Notes under the pieces: model-generated
Database searches by the model: none
The model's input: only the letters and a program-made list of their open reading frames with translations
Told to the model about the DNA's origin: nothing
Assembly (NCBI GenBank): GCA_001949185.1
Contig: BDGG01000028.1
Coordinates: 1-56,620, forward strand
Direction of reading: 5' to 3'
Length of the DNA: 56,620 nt
Source of the DNA: Ramazzottius varieornatus
Lineage: Eukaryota > Animalia > Tardigrada
Part shown: positions 37,289 through 52,282 of the stretch, piece by piece
Layout of the letters: every line of letters starts with the position of its first letter
How positions within the stretch are numbered: the first letter of the stretch is position 1
Program-made: the position numbers and the translations under genes

Positions 37289-38027
37289 GATTTCTAACTG
37301 TGTTTACCGACAAACTTTTCTTGTGCTTATTTCATCCTCGTCGAAATTACGACCAATGTACTTATTCTGTTCCAGTCGCAACGGAGTCTATGCCGTTGCG
37401 TAAAATACTTGCAGTTCTCATTTGACCTCGCTCCCTGACCGGCAAACGGATCGCAGAAGATTGCCACCTCAAGTAGCGCACACTGCCAGTCAATAACAAT
37501 GAAAATGTTCCACCTGAGACAGGGTACAGCTGTACCGGTATAACACGGTAAGATCGGATCAGTGGAAACACCATTTCAAACCTGATTGGAGAAGGCGGAA
37601 ACACACCGATACGCCCATGAGAACTGATGACGTCACACTCTACCAAAAAATGAATTGTAAAACAGGATCACAGTCACAGAGAAGAATAACACAAGGAAGC
37701 ATTGGTCAGCTGGAAGGAGCAACGCGGTGGATTCTGTATTTAGGTATTCTAGGCTTTGTGACCTTGTTTACTTTTGGTTTTGGGAACGTCGAGCACGCGA
37801 TGACAGGAAAGCAGGCAGGCTAACACCGGGCTTCATCGGCTAACCTAAAACAAAGTCAGTTAGGCAGCCGGTGATCCAATCAGACATCCACTGGTGACTT
37901 TCGTGAAGGCTGGTCACTTACGTGGTCCAGAACAAATGAGGGAAATCAAGGTGGACAAGGGGGAAACCAGGAGACGAGAAGAAGATCCAGAAAATTAATC
38001 GTCCAAAGTCTGATGCAATGTCTGCGT

Positions 38028-38185
38028 CAGTTCACGCATACCAGGTGGCGTATGCATGTCCTTGTCGCGTCCTATTGTAAGCTACCAGATTGGTCACGCA
38101 CCAGTCTAAAGCTCGGGCGGTGTGTGTATATGCTTGTCGCGTCTCATCATGAGTTACAGCAGTTATTACGCACCACCCTACAATT
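38028..38185. repeat. Degenerate ~60-70-bp tandem repeat
   Basis: Recurrent TCACGCA.. / CTTGTCGCGTC / AG(C/T)TAC blocks. Confidence 0.5.
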
Positions 38186-38653
38186 GCTGGGCTGTGACAT
38201 GAACACACCTGACCAATCAAAACCTTGTTTTTTCTTGTTGCGACAAAGCTTGTGTGAAGTTTCCCATGAAGCCAAGACCATTTAAACCGTTCGAGCAATC
38301 AACCTGTACGACTAGTACTCTAACGACCCTGCCTGAGACAACAATTTCGTACGCTTCGCTTGCCGATCTTCATGTCCTTGTTAGTTTGTATGAAAAAATA
38401 TCCACAGGGAGGAGTAAAGGAACTGCAACGGAGCAGGAGCAAAGTCGTCAGCGCTGCTGAAAGTTCACATCAGGAAAGCTGACAGCGCCAAGAGCCTAAG
38501 ACGAAAAAGTTGATCACAAAACAAGCAACAACAAACGGGAACATCTTTTCCAAATTAATCCACAGTATAAAATTTCAGTACAAAATTCGGAAAACTGTAC
38601 CAAGAAACCCATATTACTCTAGTATATCCCGATCAGATATAAACGATCAAAGT

Positions 38654-41600
38654 TCAGATCGAACGAGCCACAGCATAAATGAGATCCCCATCGACAAGGC
38701 CAACCCCCACTAAGTTTTCCTCATCTTTCAGTACGTTCCTCACATTTACGGCGTTAAAACGCAGCGACATCTTCTTCCGGTCGACGCCGACGAAGCTCTC
38801 GATCTTGGCCTTCAGAGTCCCCACGGTTTCCTGACTGTCTATCCTTAACTTAACTTCGGTATTCGGACCAGCCTTCACTCTTAAAGCCCATTCCGTTGAC
38901 AGATTCTTTCTCTGCAAAAGCAATATCACAGCTCACCACCAAGAAAAATTAACTTTCGAAATACAGATTTTCGTTTCCTGGTCTTATACAGTACAATACT
39001 ATTCGAGATTTCGTCGTCATGATGAACTCCGCTTACCGAATCATTGAGAGTTTCGAGTCGCATTTGGATCAGTTTCGGTTTCTTGCTCAACAGCTGAAGC
39101 CACTCTTCAGTACTGCCAACAGTAGCTGAAGTGGTCTCTTCAAAGGCCGCCGTCAAAAATTGTTGTATCATTTTGATCTGAAGGACAACATCTGAGAAGA
39201 CTTTGGGTGGGAAAGCTGCAGAGCGAGCCAGACATTCCAGCACGACCATCTCGGCCACGGTCTGCAAATCCTACAACAACAAAACTTATATTAACCGACA
39301 ACGTTAGTAAGATCAATTCTAGCTTCTTTTTTCTACTTCAAGTTTTATCAAAATTTATTCTAGATTAATTTCTTTTTTTTTGCTGCACTTTTCTCTGATT
39401 GATGAATTTGCTCGAAATGTTTCTGTCAGGTAACGTTATTTTCAAAAAGTGCAATTTAACCATTTATTCTTCTCATTTCTTGGGAAAGTACCTTAAACTG
39501 GTACTCGGTGGCGAAGGACATGACCTCCATCAAGTCTTCCAGATGGCCCATCTTCAACCACAGTCCGTCATAAACAGTGACCAAGAAGGCTTCAAGAACC
39601 CAAGAAGGGTGCTTGATGTCCACCCGTTTCAGGCTTGGGTTCAAGTTCAGCTTGTCCAGAATCACGTACGCGTCGGCTCCGTACGCCGTTTGATCCTGTG
39701 GAACAAAAGACCATACAGCTCCAGTACATGCCGAAAAGAACCACGAACGACTTCAGCGTACCTCAGAAATGATCGTCACACCGCCGTACTTCCTTAGCGA
39801 CTCTGCGTGTTTCATATGGAAGATGCGGTCTTCCACCATCTCTTGTTCCACCTTACTTAATCCGGCTGAAAGGAAGAGTGTCGGATGGACGGTACGAATT
39901 TGGAGAGACAGGAAGTTGCGCCAGTGAAGCTGATACTCGATCAGCAACACTGCTTTACTGAAGGTGCTCAACGAATGGTTCGATTTCAGGTGAGTCACTC
40001 CGCCCAACGTCACCTAAAAACACACTATTACTGATAGACATATCCCAGTTACAAGCTCAGGCAAAACAAACTGGACAATATTTCCTCAGGTGGCGCAAGT
40101 TTTCAGTATTTTTGGTAGGAATAGTGCGCCACTTGATAAAACGATCTTGTCGTATTTGGCCAAGCGGCGCATGTCTGCATTGTTATTGGCTGAAAGCGTG
40201 TGCCACTTGAAAGAATGATCTCGTCGAATTTGTGTACCGAGCTCCTAGTTAACTTTATTGGAAATGCTCACTTTGATATTTCGGCCAGGGATTTCTTTGG
40301 CGGCATCCGCCACTTTGTACCTGCCCACTGCTTTGACGTCGGGAACGTCGAAGTGGACGCGGATAGACTTGATGCTACAGGTAAGGCTCTCCTGAGCGGA
40401 CTGCGACAACCACGATGAGGTGAAGTTGAACTTGTGATCGATCTCCATGTTCCATTGAAGGGCGAACTTGCCTTGCAGTGCTAAATCTCTGGTCGGTTCC
40501 GAACGAGTAACTGCAACGCGGAACCGAAATTATCACGGGACTGAACGAAACAGAAACGGCACGGACCTGATCATAAACGTTGACGGCCGTGCCACAGTTC
40601 ATACCAACTGCCGGCACGGCCTCAAGCAGTTTAGTCAAGGCCGTGCCACGTGAGTCTGCACCAAATCCATTCTTGTTTGTTTAGCTGGTCAAATTGAGCC
40701 TAGCTTCTTCAACGTGTTGAAGAAAGTTTCCAGACAGAACTGAACGCTCCATCGAAATTAAGCTTGGGAAGGAATGAATCAAGTGAGATCCAGGCACCTT
40801 ACATTCAGAGGCGAGCTTGGTGCCGACATCGAACCAACCCGGAACAGCAACATCTCGCGGGCCCGTCAACAGCTTCAGAGACTCGGACGAAGTAGACGAT
40901 TTCATCGCGAAAGCCACCTGAAACCACAGAAAAATTTACCCATGAAGTTTCATACTAGGTAGCTAAAAAAAAGTTAGATCTGAACCTTTCTGCCATCGGC
41001 AATCACGGCTTCGTTCGGCAGTTCGAATATGGTCTCCACCGAAAAAACTACATTCTGTTTGTCGCGTTGACAAAAACGCCGTCTGTCAACAGCTGATCTA
41101 GTTCCCCTTCCTCCTTTCGGTATTTCTCAGCGACAGCTCGAATGTTCTCGCACGTCGGAGAGGTCGACTCTCCGAGATACTTCAAATGTCTGACCAGTTC
41201 GGACACGTTCTCGTTCTCGGGCTCGGTTTTACTGGGCGAAGCGACTTTCGGTTGCTCTGAACCTTCAGCTGCATCTGAGGTTGGCTCTTTGGACGCATCG
41301 TCTGTGGTAACGTCCATCGCGACTACACTGGACTTGGCGGGAGATTTAACATTTGTAACTTCAGTTGATTGACTCAGTGCAGTGTTACTTGATTGAGTGC
41401 CGCCCAGAACAGTTGGTTGGCCATCGTTTGGTAACTTTGGTTGAGTCAACTGACTGTTGGCCTTGTCGCTTGATTGGTGGCTCGGCGGTGTCTTGATTGA
41501 CGAAGTACCGTTGGACGCTTTCGTCTGACTTTTCGGCGCTGGTCTACTCGGTGAAGGAGTTTGGGTGCCTGGTCTGGTGGAAGGAGCAGGAGGGATCCTT

Positions 41601-42686
41601 TTCTTACCGGACTCTGGAGTCAGTTCGCCGTTAGGACGCTTTCGCTGAGAAGAAGTAGGTCCTGGAGTCAGTTCCTTGTCTGGTGTAGCTGCTGTCTTTT
41701 CCTTCTTGGTTTCTTTAGCTAGGGCACGACGGGTGACCATGCGTGGAGAAGGCGCAACGATGGAAGGGGTGGGTGTAAGAGGTGAAAACAGGAGTTTCGT
41801 TGCAGTCGAGAGAGGAGGAATCTTGATCTCTGAGGAAGTGTCTGAAGCCGCGTCTTCCGCGCTGGCTGTTTCGGCTTCGGCAACGTCTTCAGGCTGCGGC
41901 AGCGAGACGGTGGGCGCAGGAGGAACCAGAGATCCGTCTTCCGAAATCAAATCTCGCCTACCACAGACGAAGAAAAATCGGTCACGGTAGAGACAGAACA
42001 GCGTTTGGGGGAAACAAACCAACACTGACTCGGGCAACCGGAAGTGCTAGTTTTGAGAAACACTTTCCGTAGGTTTGACTCGGTTTTATGCATCTTGCAA
42101 TCAGCTCGAGGAAGAATTCCCCGAGTGCACATAAATGAGAGAATATCACAAGGGGGAAGTTCTCACTAACTTGGAAGTACCGCTCGGCATTCTTGATGCT
42201 GTGACGGAGGTGAACGTAGGTATTTCCAGTTTTTCCTTTAGCCACTTCCAACATGTCTTGATAGCTCGTTTGGAATCCAACAAGATCTAGCAAACGAAAA
42301 ACTGTCCCTGTTGAAAGCAGCAGTGACAGCAAAAGTTCATACCAACCTGAATCCGAGAACCACTGGACCTCGCCGGGTTTGTTGTCGTGACGGAAAAAGC
42401 GCACCAGCTTCTGAGCTTCTCCTTTACGATGCGCCAGGATTTCTTCGGGAACCAGATCCGGCGAGATGATGACACCTGACCATTGTGGATAACCTGAGAA
42501 AACATGGAATCAGTCAACAGCTTGACAGAAATATTCAAAAGCTTACGGTAGCAGCAAGATAAGAACTGAGAAGGCGTAGACTACACAACAACATTCCCAT
42601 TTACATGTCGCATTCGGCCCAGTAGAATCCCCACCTTTCATCTTGGCAAGAACGAAGTTAGCATCGTTCTGTACTGACAGCGCCAT
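38654..42686 (-). CDS. Mosaic locus: N-terminal PWWP, S/T/P/K-rich disordered region, BTB-like region, C-terminal ubiquitin-like domain (one gene or two; junction near 41050 unresolved)
   Basis: FVLAKMK|GYPQWSGVI...LVRFF (PWWP). VLEAFLVTVYDG...LMEVMSFATEYQFK|DLQTVAE (BTB-like). LRIDSQETVGTLKAKIESFVGV...LKDEENLVGVGLVDGDLIY* (Ubl). Confidence 0.6.
40087..40209. repeat. TGGCGCA-palindrome family, two tandem cores (40087-40135, 40161-40209; intron)
   Basis: Two 49-bp cores separated by a 25-nt linker containing ACGATCTTGTCGT. Confidence 0.9.
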
Positions 42687-43909
42687 GCTCCTTGTTCAGT
42701 AAATCTGCAAAAGGTACAAGTTACAAATACGAAGAGCGGAAAAGGACTAAAAGGTTCAGATTGGGCAGAGGGTGCACTCACACGAATCGACAGCAATCAA
42801 CGATCAATCTTGCACCGCAGTCAACACCGACCTCCCGTCCGGCTTTCCTTCTTTTCTTTTGTACCTGTAAAATACGAAAGGATAAAGTGAAAACCATCTC
42901 TAACGAGCGCTGGATACTTACGGAAAACATACTGAGGTCGGCGACAGCAGGAAATAGCAGAAGCAACTGCGGCGAAGGAGATGTCGAAGAGAGGGGAATG
43001 CAGAATCCCGGATGTTTTATTTATCGGGTCCAACCGGATTTGAATTTTGAAAATCAAAACCAGTTGGTCTAGCTGATTGTTTGACCACCATCCTGCTCGT
43101 TGTGGTTGTGTGGACAAAGGCGCACATGTTACGTCATGATACTCAATAACGCGTAGTTTGTACCCCGACGTCATGCATATCACTTCCCAAAGGTTAGGTT
43201 GATCCAGCGGATAAAACAATTCGACGAAGAACCGCTGATGAGCTGGTGTACTTTGCGTTGTCGGAGAGTGGGACACATGCCGATGGGGTTGACTGATTGC
43301 GCAGTGCGAATATCAAGGCGGAGCAAGTGTTCGTTTCGTCATCGACCATACACCCGAAACAGAACAGAACCGTAGCACCAATAGGATTACAGTAGTTCTC
43401 CAGTTGATGATTCGTAAGAAGTCAGACCACGACTTGATTTCGTTAACTTTGCCGTATCTGTTGATGGATTTTCTTCACTCGTCTACGGCGGGTGCTGAGT
43501 AAAGCCTCATTTCGGCACGCCGTTGTTTTCAGCACGCAAAGTACTGCAGCTCTACAGTGCGAAGAACCCAAAACTCCGCCTTCGGTTCTGGTTTAGCCGC
43601 TCGGATATTCGCTGGACCTTGGTCCTTAGGATATTTTCTAGGACCTAGCTCGATGTATTTCGGACCGAACTCAAAGAACCCACAGTCACGAGGGCGGTAT
43701 GCGAACGGTAAACAGCGTAGAGCCTCGGACCAACAGTAGCATGTGAATTCCTCACTGATTATTTGATATATTATTAATATATTCGCTTAAAGCCAAGCGG
43801 GAAAACTACCGCCTCTGAATCTTAACTCCGAAATTTTCGTATAAATCTGACGAAATTTCACAGGGCAATCAGTGGTTGACAAAGCAACGAAATAGATGAA
43901 AGTTTAAAA

Positions 43910-46746
43910 CTACGAGTCGGTTTTCGTGGCCGCCTTGGGTTTCGCTGTGGCGGAAAACCTCGTATCAGCCTTGGCTTTTCGAATGCCCTTCCCAAGTTTC
44001 TTCATTTTCACTCTGTTCTTTAGCTTCTTTCTGAGCTCCTTCGGGTTTCTCTTCAGCTGCTTCCGCACCGAGCTGTTACAAAATACAAACCACCGATCTA
44101 GCGAACTGAGAGCAGAAATTCACAACCAATCACGGAATTTCTCACGCGAGAACCAACCTGGAAGGTTTCGGAAGTTGCAGCATGAACGCTGGGACTTCGC
44201 AGCCGGATCGCTGCATCACGCTGGCAATACTACAAAGATCAGGCCAGCGAAATTAAACCCTACCGGAACAGTTTGATAAGCATAAGCCATTTTCCAAACG
44301 CCAACATTACCTTCGGAGATTGACATCATCAGCTTCGGTGAAGAAGGTTATGGCTTTACCGCGCTGACCAGCTCGGCCGGTGCGACCTATCCTGTGGATG
44401 TAGCTGATGGATGTGAGGGGAAAGTCGTAGTTGATCACCATGTTCACGCCTTTGAAATCGATCCCTCGCCCAAGAACCTCGGTAGCGATGAGCGTCCAAA
44501 TGTTTCCTGCACGGAAACTACTCACTACTAAGTCACGCTAGAGAGCAAAAAACATTCGTAAAAATCTTTTCGACAGGCTCTCCTTTTAGATATTTGACCT
44601 TAGTCAGATTTGACTGCGAGTAAACAAAAAGAAAATACCACACATACTTCCGACTGCTCTCTGTCAGAGTGGATAACGTCCACGTGGAATCTGTCGTTTT
44701 CCAGTTCGCGAAAGAGCTCTTTGGCACGTTGCTTGCTTTCCACAAAGATAAGAACTGGCGGAGTGTATTCCTAGAAGTTACCATATCATCATTGTCTTTA
44801 TGCACCTGCCCATTCAAAACCAAACTTGGGAAAACAATGGGAACAGATCAGAATTTGGAGACTGACTCTACGTACTTCTTGAAGTATCTTCCGCAAGGCA
44901 GAAGTCTTTCCGTCCTCAGTGCCGACAAAGACGAGTCGCTGATCGATAGCACTGGTCGCCGCATTCCTTGCACCGATGGACACTTCCGCTAGATTATCCA
45001 AATGCTGTTTGCACCACTCTTCAACTTCGATAGCGAAGGTGGCACTGAAGAGCAATCGCCGAACTTTCGGACTGGAACACGCTTTGTAGATGACAGCCAA
45101 CTGAAAAAGAAGCCGTTAGGATTATTGTACCGCACACCTGTTGATCCTTGAGAACTACAGGGAGCCGATGGTCGTACCTGATCTCGGAAGCCGCCTTCCT
45201 TGTCAGCTTCAAAAAGCTTGTCCGATTCATCAATCACGAGCCATTCTACGGACTCGAGAGACACTACAGCTGGCTTCTTGCTCAGCAGAAACACCAGCCT
45301 GTTTGGTGTGGTCACCAGGATGTCGAACCTCGAAGAGCGATTCTTTTTGGCTCTTTTGACAAATTTGGGGACATCTTCAAGAAGGTGGGTGCGAAGACCT
45401 GTTCCTAAAGTCAATCTATCCGTCTCGAAAAAGGTCTGCGAAAAAAAACAATTTTTCAGTATTGAAATTCCAAACAATCTCCCGGTTGGATTTTTCCGCA
45501 CTCCATACCTGTTTCGCCAGCTCTCTCGTTGGAGAAACTACAACAGCCCTGTACCCAAAATTATTGAAGCATTTCAATGACTGGATGATGGGAATGAGAA
45601 ACGCCGCAGTCTTTCCGGAACCAGTCGGGGCAGAGGCCAGAATGTTCCTCCCCTGGAAAAGAATCGAACACAATCACGTCAAACGACGCTGCCGAGCATA
45701 AGAGATGTATAAACATTACCTGGAGGACTAGAGGTATGGCTTGCATTTGGATAGGCGTAGGTTGTTGATAGCCGATCTTCGTGATATTCTCCACTAAGCG
45801 AGCATTCAGCTGGAACCGCGTTGCCAGCTCTTCGAAAGTCTCCACAGGCTCCGGAATATCCTCACCGGTGACGTGAATGTTGTGAAGGTTCCGGAAGTGG
45901 TTTATCTGAAGAAACGGGAACAGAACCGTCAGTATAACATTCAACAGGTCTGCAGGGCTCGAGTGCGCACGGAACGCACATAACGGCTGAAGCGCGGCGC
46001 ACAGCGCACGTCTGTCACGCACATGCATACAATCAAACATTTGATTGATGTCGTCGTTCTGGAACCATAGTAAGAACTTATTTTCTGGTTACTTTCCGAG
46101 TTTCCGTGGACCGGCGTGGATCTTCTCACCTTTTCCTGTTTGATGAGAGCTAACTTATCAGCATCTTTCTTGACTTTCTTCTTCCTCTTTCTCTTGGCAG
46201 GCGTGAAGTCGGTGGATGGCTCTGCGCCGGAAAACAGCTGGAGCTTCGCAGGCTGGTCGTCCTCCGAGCTCGATTCGTCGGCCTCGTCATCTTGCCTGTC
46301 TTGCTCCATTTGCGTACTAAGACTGGCATTGCATTGAGCCGAGATGTCCGCTGGTACACCTGGCAATACCGGGAGCTGATAGTAATAGAGCCGAAGAACT
46401 AAAAAGCGAGAACATGGTGCATCGTGGATTTATCTTACCTTCCTCGAGGTCGGACTGCTCCGGATATTCTTCCTTCGCCTGATCCTTCTTGCTCTTATTC
46501 ACCCGAGATCCAAACTGCGAAAGAGGAAAGCCGTAACGTAGCTGCGCTTTGTGACACAAAACAGCGACTACTTACGATGTTATCCAAATTTCCGCGCGTC
46601 GATTTTCCTCGCGACAGCTGGTTTCCTCCACTTGGTGGCTTCTTCGCAACTTCGTCCCTCTTTGGAGGCGACAAGTCGGCGGTTCCGTCGTTTTTTGGCC
46701 GCTTGAAGCTGACACCTTGTGTGAGTATCCGAAAACTAGCATTCAT
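43910..46746 (-). CDS. DDX52: DEAD-box RNA helicase DDX52/Rok1
   Basis: [10 protein letters not shown]; [11 protein letters not shown]; SPTRELAKQ; [10 protein letters not shown]; LFSAT; [19 protein letters not shown]; [12 protein letters not shown]; TAG at 43910-43912. Confidence 0.95.
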
Positions 46747-47208
46747 CTTGACGTAGGAAGTTTAAGAGCCAGCTGAAGCGTGATTCGTGAAAGCAGAGTG
46801 GTGAAAGGCTGAGAGTGGAAAATCGGAAAATGGTCCAAATGGAAAACTTGGAAAAAAAACAATGTTATGCTTGCTCAATCAACAATCAAAACTGGGACGG
46901 GTTCTTGAATAGATCGGGAGAGGGCGCTGTTGGCGCAGCTACGTCGGAAATTAACCATCTGGAGTGAGAGTTACCATTTTACCCAGTTCCATGCACTGAA
47001 CCCATCGAACAAAGTCCAGTTTGATGTTTCTTGGATAAAAAGTTTCAACTGCTGGATGCCAAAGAAAGACTGCGCGCGACTGGGACGACAAAAGTAACAG
47101 GTGTGTACGTGGGCATTCTTGTTCAGTGTAGCCTTTTCGGTCAGTGCGCCAACCCGTCGAATTATGCATTGACATGGTGATTTGGACTGGGTGAGTTACG
47201 TGTGAAGA

Positions 47209-49848
<2,640 letters not shown>

Positions 49849-51461
49849 CTGTTAGCGTCCAAGTTTCTAACAGAAAAACGGTCATGCACACATCCGTGCG
49901 CCACGAAGGTTATGAGCCGGCTTTTATCCTGTTCTGATTCCAAATTTGACGCTAGCCTGTTGGTACAGCGACTCGGATACGGTGTGTTATCAGTAAATTG
50001 CTCCTTGCACGGCAACGGCCTGGTCTGGTGCCCGAGTGGGCGTCTCCGCCCGAGAATTTTCCGCAGATAATTCTCCATAAAAATGAGATACCTTTCAGAA
50101 TGGCTCAAACATCCTCTACGGTGAAGTTTTTTACCGATTCAGCTTCGCAGAGATCCCAAACTGAATCCCGGAAAGGACTTTTTGGTGTGCCTGTCTCATG
50201 TTCCTCTTGTGCGAAAATGAGCCACAGTCCGAGAATCCGAGGAACATTACAAATGATCACGAACATCTGACGACATTTGTGAGGGACAGGTCTAACTGCG
50301 TTGCTCGTCATGGGGGAAATGAGGTTCGAGTGGGTGGAGGAAATGAATCTGCTGCAACTGCGGCTCATATCACGAAAGCGAATTTAGCTAATCCAGCAGC
50401 CGGTTCCAGGTGATCGAGATGCTCTTTGCCGGGTTTTTTGCGACATTGGGATGTTGTCTTCTTACGCCGATCATCGCAGCTGTGCAATGCGAAATGTATG
50501 CATCTTCCACTGCTACCGCGGCCTTGCATTGATAGCGGTAGTTGTCATTGGGTACAGCTTGCATCCAATAACAATTAACGAAATTCCTTCGTCTGAAGCC
50601 CAAACTTCAAATACATCTCCGAGTGGTACAAGTACATTTATTGTCCATGTTCCCTGTTGTAGATGGTCTTTATCGCAATGAGCGCCGATTACTGGAACAC
50701 CTGAGAACGTTTTCCTAAGCACCATGAATCTAGGAATAACATCGCCAGCACATATACTTGGACCGCCTAGCATGCAGCGGTATGCTTCTGGCGGGCGCAG
50801 TGGTATCAGGGGAACTTGTCACAAAATGGATCCCAGAACCTGGGTTGCATGCACTGACTGGACTTTTGTATCAATACTTTTGTGGACCATGCGGGTTGCC
50901 TTCATTGAGAGGGTTCGAATTTGTACAATGACCCAGTCGACGTGTCAACTGCACGAATATCCTAGAAGGTGACAAGATTTCATGAATAGGTGACATAATC
51001 ATAATCATCGTACCGTGAAAATTCGTGAATGGTCCCGATTGAATTCAAAAGAAGAAACAAGCTAAAGTCACCGCATTGGTACTCCGTGTGCAGCTGCCAT
51101 GATCACAGTTACACAAGCTCGGAATTAGAATGGCGCAATATTACGCGAAAGGCTTTGACTCACTTGGTGAGTGTGAAACTTCGCGGAGTAGTTCATAAAT
51201 TTCAAGAACTGTTGGACGACAATTCTTTTGTAATGTTGCGTGAAAAATTAAAATCTCTAAAATAGTGGTACTATTTGGCAAGTTCACGACCCTCCAAAAC
51301 AATTATTACTGTGCCGTAACAGATGGCATCTTTATTGCACAAAATCAGCACCGAAGAAGAAAATGTATAAAAAACAAAGAAACAACAGTTCCATGGCATT
51401 TCTTAACTGGTTCTCGCTTCGGTTTACCTATTTCTCCAGCGTTTACAACAACCCGAATAAG

Positions 51462-51836
51462 ATGCATTCGATATTTCTCATTGCTTTAGTTTTGTGCACC
51501 GTAATGGCGGGGGTCAGTACGGGCGGCTTTGGGTACGGTGGATACGGCGATTTTGGCGACTATGGAGGTCTGGGGGGTTATGGCGGATACAGCGGCTGGG
51601 GAGGACCCAGCTGGGACTACGGTGGTTTTGGGGGTTATGGTGGCTACGGGATCCCGGACTTCGGATATGACGGGTACGGCGACTTCGGATACGGAGGACT
51701 TGGTGGTGGACACCTCGGCGGGTACCTCGGTGGATTTGGGGGCTACGGTGGTTATGGTGGCTTTGGTGGCTATGGAGGATATGGTGGATATGGTGGGTAC
51801 TACGGAGGTTACGGGGGAGGATGGGGAAAGAAATGA
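51462..51836 (+). CDS. Secreted Gly/Tyr-rich structural protein (cuticle/eggshell-like)
   Basis: Signal peptide MHSIFLIALVLCTVMAGVST followed by GGY/GGF repeats and a GWGKK terminus. Confidence 0.85.
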   Translation: MHSIFLIALVLCTVMAGVSTGGFGYGGYGDFGDYGGLGGYGGYSGWGGPSWDYGGFGGYGGYGIPDFGYDGYGDFGYGGLGGGHLGGYLGGFGGYGGYGGFGGYGGYGGYGGYYGGYGGGWGKK

Positions 51837-52282
51837 GTGCTGGACACAACCAGAAAAAAGTGTGTCCGAAGAAGATTTTGTTTCAGGCGTTGTGGCTCTC
51901 CTAGGTGAAGCTGGATCTTTGCCTTCAGTTTCTTGCCTTCCGTTTTCTACATTATATTCCAATCGTTTTTGGTATGCGAACAAAACTTTCAGTTACAGTA
52001 TCTTGTGGTGCCTTCGAACAACCTTTCCGAGTTCCGAACAATTGCGTGAGATAAATTAAAAGACGAAAATCCCGAAAGCTTGTCTGAGGTGGCGCACGAT
52101 TGGGCTTTATCATACGAAACAACAAGCACGTGCACGAAAACAGATTGTGGTAGGTGTCAATGGTAATTGGACAACAACAACTGTATTGACAAGCTTAACG
52201 CACTAAAGCATCATTATTCACGATAAAAAATGCATTATCTGAAGACCATACAGAAAACGTCTGCTACAGGGCAACAACTGAT

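Noticed and set aside
40681-40683. Premature TAA in the PWWP/BTB locus
   Set aside because: It can be removed by a phase-compatible intron (T|gtaagg at ~40802 to ttgcag|TT at ~40511).
51486-52059. Overlapping alternative-frame ORFs on the Gly-rich gene
   Set aside because: These are shadow ORFs of GGN-rich low-complexity coding sequence.
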